26,073 bases of DNA, from contig NIVC01001578.1 of assembly GCA_002269645.1 (NCBI GenBank), forward strand, positions 1 through 26,073, read 5' to 3'. The stretch is from Macrostomum lignano (taxonomy: Eukaryota). The translations under genes were made by a program, and so were the position numbers. This document shows, one piece after another, positions 22,994 to 26,073 of this stretch. The notes under the pieces were generated by a model. It was not told the DNA's origin. It saw nothing but the letters and a program-made list of their open reading frames with translations, and searched no databases. Every line of letters begins with the position of its first letter. The stretch's first letter is position 1.

Positions 22994-23045
22994 TGGGTCT
23001 TAAATTTATCTCATTTCTCCTAAATTTGCAATATTTTCAGTAGGC

Positions 23046-23105
23046 TGTGAGCACACTTGTGAGCACACTTGTGAGCACACTTGTGAGCACACTTGTGAGA
23101 ACACT
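23046..23105. repeat. 12-bp tandem repeat (TGTGAGCACACT)x5
   Basis: Four perfect copies and one variant. Confidence 0.93.
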
Positions 23106-23885
23106 TATTTGCATGATGGTGCTTACACTGATTCACGATGCGCCACCTTAAGCTGCCTTAACACACCAGCGCCACATCTTAGCTACACCTTAAACCCTAA
23201 ATACTGCTCAACCTATTGATGCAGCCGAAACTCCGAAACTGTCTTAATTAGTCTATAGTTACTTTATTCTCTTCCTCCGAGAATATTGCTACGTCAATAT
23301 GTTAGTTACATCATGCTGAGTACAAAGCTCTGTGGCCCTGTCAGCGTGCAGTTGTTGCTGTCCACTCGAATATGCATCGCAAATCGTTTCAGATTTCAGA
23401 TTTTTTGATCGATTTACAAATTAACTGGTCCCCAGCTGCTGTCAGCACAGATGAATGAGCTGCTGGAGAGCTGATCAGGACAACAACTAGAAATTTCTGG
23501 ATTAAAGAGAGCTTAGATGAGCAGGTGTCATTTATGGGCAAATTGGCTTTTAATGGAGAAAATATTTAAATGACCAGATGGTCTCGCTTTGATTTGAGCC
23601 AGGCTGCGTGTAACACAGGGTCTGCGGCACCCTTCCTGATCTCCGCAGTTAGTAGTCTGTAACCTAGTGCTGCAATGGTCTAAAAATTCAAACTTTGTTC
23701 GAGGCTCCGATATACTAAAACATAAAACTTAGCATCAGGGACTCGGAGATAAGCATCATCATTAAAAAAACATTCATTTGCGACGATGCAACGGAGCAAA
23801 TCGACGAAAATGATCAAAGAGTAGATTTGGCAAAACTACTCAGCAGGTTCAGTAGCGTGTTTTGCGCATTCCAACCGTTTTATTG

Positions 23886-25619
23886 TCAGTCGGCTCTGGG
23901 AATCTTCACCACTGCCGTCTCCTTGAAGCAGTCGGAGTTCTTCGTTGAGGTCAGTGACACAGTGGAGGCTGCGCTCAGCTCTGGCGGCGGCGCCGCCTCC
24001 TCCCTCGGCGTTGACGGCAGCGGCGCCGACGAGACCGGAGGAGGCGGCGGCCGCGGCTGCGTCGGCGGCAGCGGCGCCTGCTGAGCCGGAAGAACGACGC
24101 CGCCGGTGGACCAGAGGCGGCCGGGATTCACCGAGCTCACGATGGACAAGTAGCCTTCGCCGCCACCGACAATCTGGCGTCGATTTGTCGACGACGACGA
24201 CGAGAGGGCCCGCCCGGTGGTGACCCGCCGGACCCCGGCGGCCGCCGCGGACGCCGACTGCGAAGCTTCTTCGCGCACCGTCGGCGCGGTCAGGGTGGAT
24301 ACAACCAGGCTGGCGTCCGCCTCCTGATCTCGACGCGGCGAGAAAGTGGCGGCCGCCGGTTCCGGGCGAGCCAGCAGCGGCGGAGCGGCTCGCCGCGGGC
24401 GGCTCCCCCGCCTGATCTCCGTTGGCTTCGAGCTGGTCACGGCTTTTGCTGTCCTTGACTTCGACGGCTCCTGAACGGCGTCCCATTCTGGCTGCGTGTT
24501 CGACCTGCGTAGGGAGTCCAGCGACTCAGCAATGGGGACGAGCGAGGCGTAGTCCGAGGCCGTAAGCTCTCGTCTCAGTGGCTGTTGCTGCTGCTGCTGC
24601 TGCTGCTGTTGTTTCTGTTGGACAGACGAGCGAGCGCGGAGTCGGCTGAGAATGGCGGCCTCCCTAGCTGACGGCAGCGCGCCCTCGCCTGCGTGATCGA
24701 ACTCGACAATTTGACGGCTGCGGCGCTGCGCTTCGAGGTCGGCGGCTTGGGCAGCCGCGGCTGCCGCCTCTTTGGAGCTGGGCTGCGCTCCGGTGAGCAC
24801 CGTCTGGGAGCAGTGCGGGGTTGTGGTGCTCTGGCTGCGTGCATCTACGAGCCGCTACTGCAACGCGTGAACTCTGCTCTCTTCACGGCACCTATTTCTT
24901 TGGCCCCTCTCACCCTCTCCCCTCTCTCCCGCCCCCTCTCTTCTCTACCATCTCTCCCCTGTACTCTCACCCTCCCCATCGCTACTCTCTCTCATCTCCC
25001 CTCTCTACTCTACCATCTCCCTTCTCTACTCTCACCCTCTCCCCTCTCTACTCTCCCCTGTCTCCTCTCTACTCACTATTCCCCTCTACTCTCACCTCTC
25101 TCTTCTCTACTCTAGCATCTCCTCTCTCTACTCTCATATGCTATCAATTCCGAAATTAATACAGCAGCACTCACAGCCGAAGGATCCGCCAGCTCAGCTG
25201 TCCAGCATAGATTTGGTCTGACCAATAGCCAGCTCAGGCGCCGCATCCGCTAGCTGGGGCGCTGTGGCGGGAAATCCGTTGCGCCCGACTAGCGCAAGTC
25301 TGGCGCCGGCTTACCTGACGCACCGCCGCACCCCGCCTGTGCGGTTGGGCGTCATGGTGAAGTACGACTCCGGCACCTCCCTAAAGGCCTCACGGGACTC
25401 AACTGTTGAAATCACTGCGCGACGTGCTAGCGGCTTCTCTGCGAACAAGTCTTTGTTCTGTCGATGCTGGCCGTCTATGATGTCTTTGTCGCTGCCCGTT
25501 AGCTGAGGCGCAGGCGGCGGCGGCAGCTGGCTGTCCCCGAACCGGGTGATTACCTGAACCGGTTTGCTAGTCTTTGTTCGCCTTTGGTTTGACCGTTTAG
25601 TTCTGTTTGTCTTGTCGGT
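23886..25619 (-). CDS. 3' part of an unidentified gene encoding a low-complexity Ala/Pro/Ser/Arg/polyQ protein; tentative exons complement(25315..25619) and complement(23886..24834)
   Basis: 304-codon GC-rich open frame ending TGA at 23886, immediately followed by AATAAA (23884-23879). An upstream open frame (..VITRFGDSQLPPPP..KDIIDGQHRQNKDLFAEK..) ends at a strong AG|GTAAG donor. A phase-2 acceptor at 24835/24834 keeps the frame. No domain was recognised. Confidence 0.55.
24903..25135. repeat. CT-rich low-complexity tract (probably intronic)
   Basis: Irregular CTCTCCC/CTCTACT motifs. Confidence 0.85.
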
Positions 25620-25748
25620 CTACAGTTGTCGATGATCGGGCACCGCAAGACTCCACTGGTTTGAAGCTGTGATGCAAGGATGCAATGTGGAAGAAGCTTA
25701 ATGTGTGGTAGCAAAACACAGCCATTCTTTATCTTTTCCACGGCGTGA

Positions 25749-26073
25749 TTCCCCTGTCTTCATTCCCCGTCTTCATTCCCTGTCTTCATTCCCTGACTTC
25801 ATTCGCCTGTTTTCATTCCCCTGTCTCTTCTCCTGTCTTCATCCCCCTGTTTTCATTCCCCCGTCTTCATTCCCCCGTCTTCATTCCCCCGTATTCATTC
25901 CCCTGTCTTCATTCCCCTGTTTTCATTCCCCTGTTTTCATTCCCCAGTCCTAATTCCCCAGTCTTCATTCCCCTGTCTTCATTCCCCTGTTTTCATTCCC
26001 TCGTCTTCATTCCCCTGTCTTCATTCTCCTGTCTTATCCCCCTGTTTTCATTCCCCCGTCTTCATTCCCCTGT
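25749..26073. repeat. 14-bp tandem repeat (TTCATTCCCCTGTC)n running off the window end
   Basis: More than 20 imperfect copies. Confidence 0.93.

Noticed and set aside
22699-23043. LSVC- and SV-repeat ORFs
   Set aside because: Translations of the 12-bp tandem repeat.
24693-25159. Plus-strand Leu/Ser/Pro-rich ORFs
   Set aside because: Products of the CT tract and antisense to the minus-strand gene.

Overview
Eukaryotic (animal) genomic DNA: GC-rich intron-containing genes alternate with AT-rich spacers, transposon relics and many mini/microsatellites. The style suggests a flatworm such as Macrostomum, but that is an impression and cannot be shown from this window. Protein-coding genes: a ZCWPW1-like zf-CW+PWWP chromatin reader (+), an IDH3 regulatory gamma-like subunit (+) with a candidate 27-nt microexon, an intronless divergent 7TM/GPCR-like gene (+), an intronless secreted PAN/apple + C-type lectin gene (-), and the 3' part of an unidentified low-complexity gene (-). 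Mobile elements: the 3' end of an RNase H-bearing LINE, a 1060-bp P-superfamily-like foldback element (295-bp TIRs, 8-bp TSD), a 368-bp Mutator/Foldback-like MITE (10-bp TSD), a Ty3/Gypsy relic, and a Penelope-like relic followed by a hammerhead ribozyme core. The most unusual signal is a RIP-like pattern in the foldback element: its spacer is CpG-free and TpA-rich, and 3 of the 4 TIR mismatches are CpA/TpA while the TIR CpGs are intact. All exon structures and alignments were derived by hand; no database searches were run.
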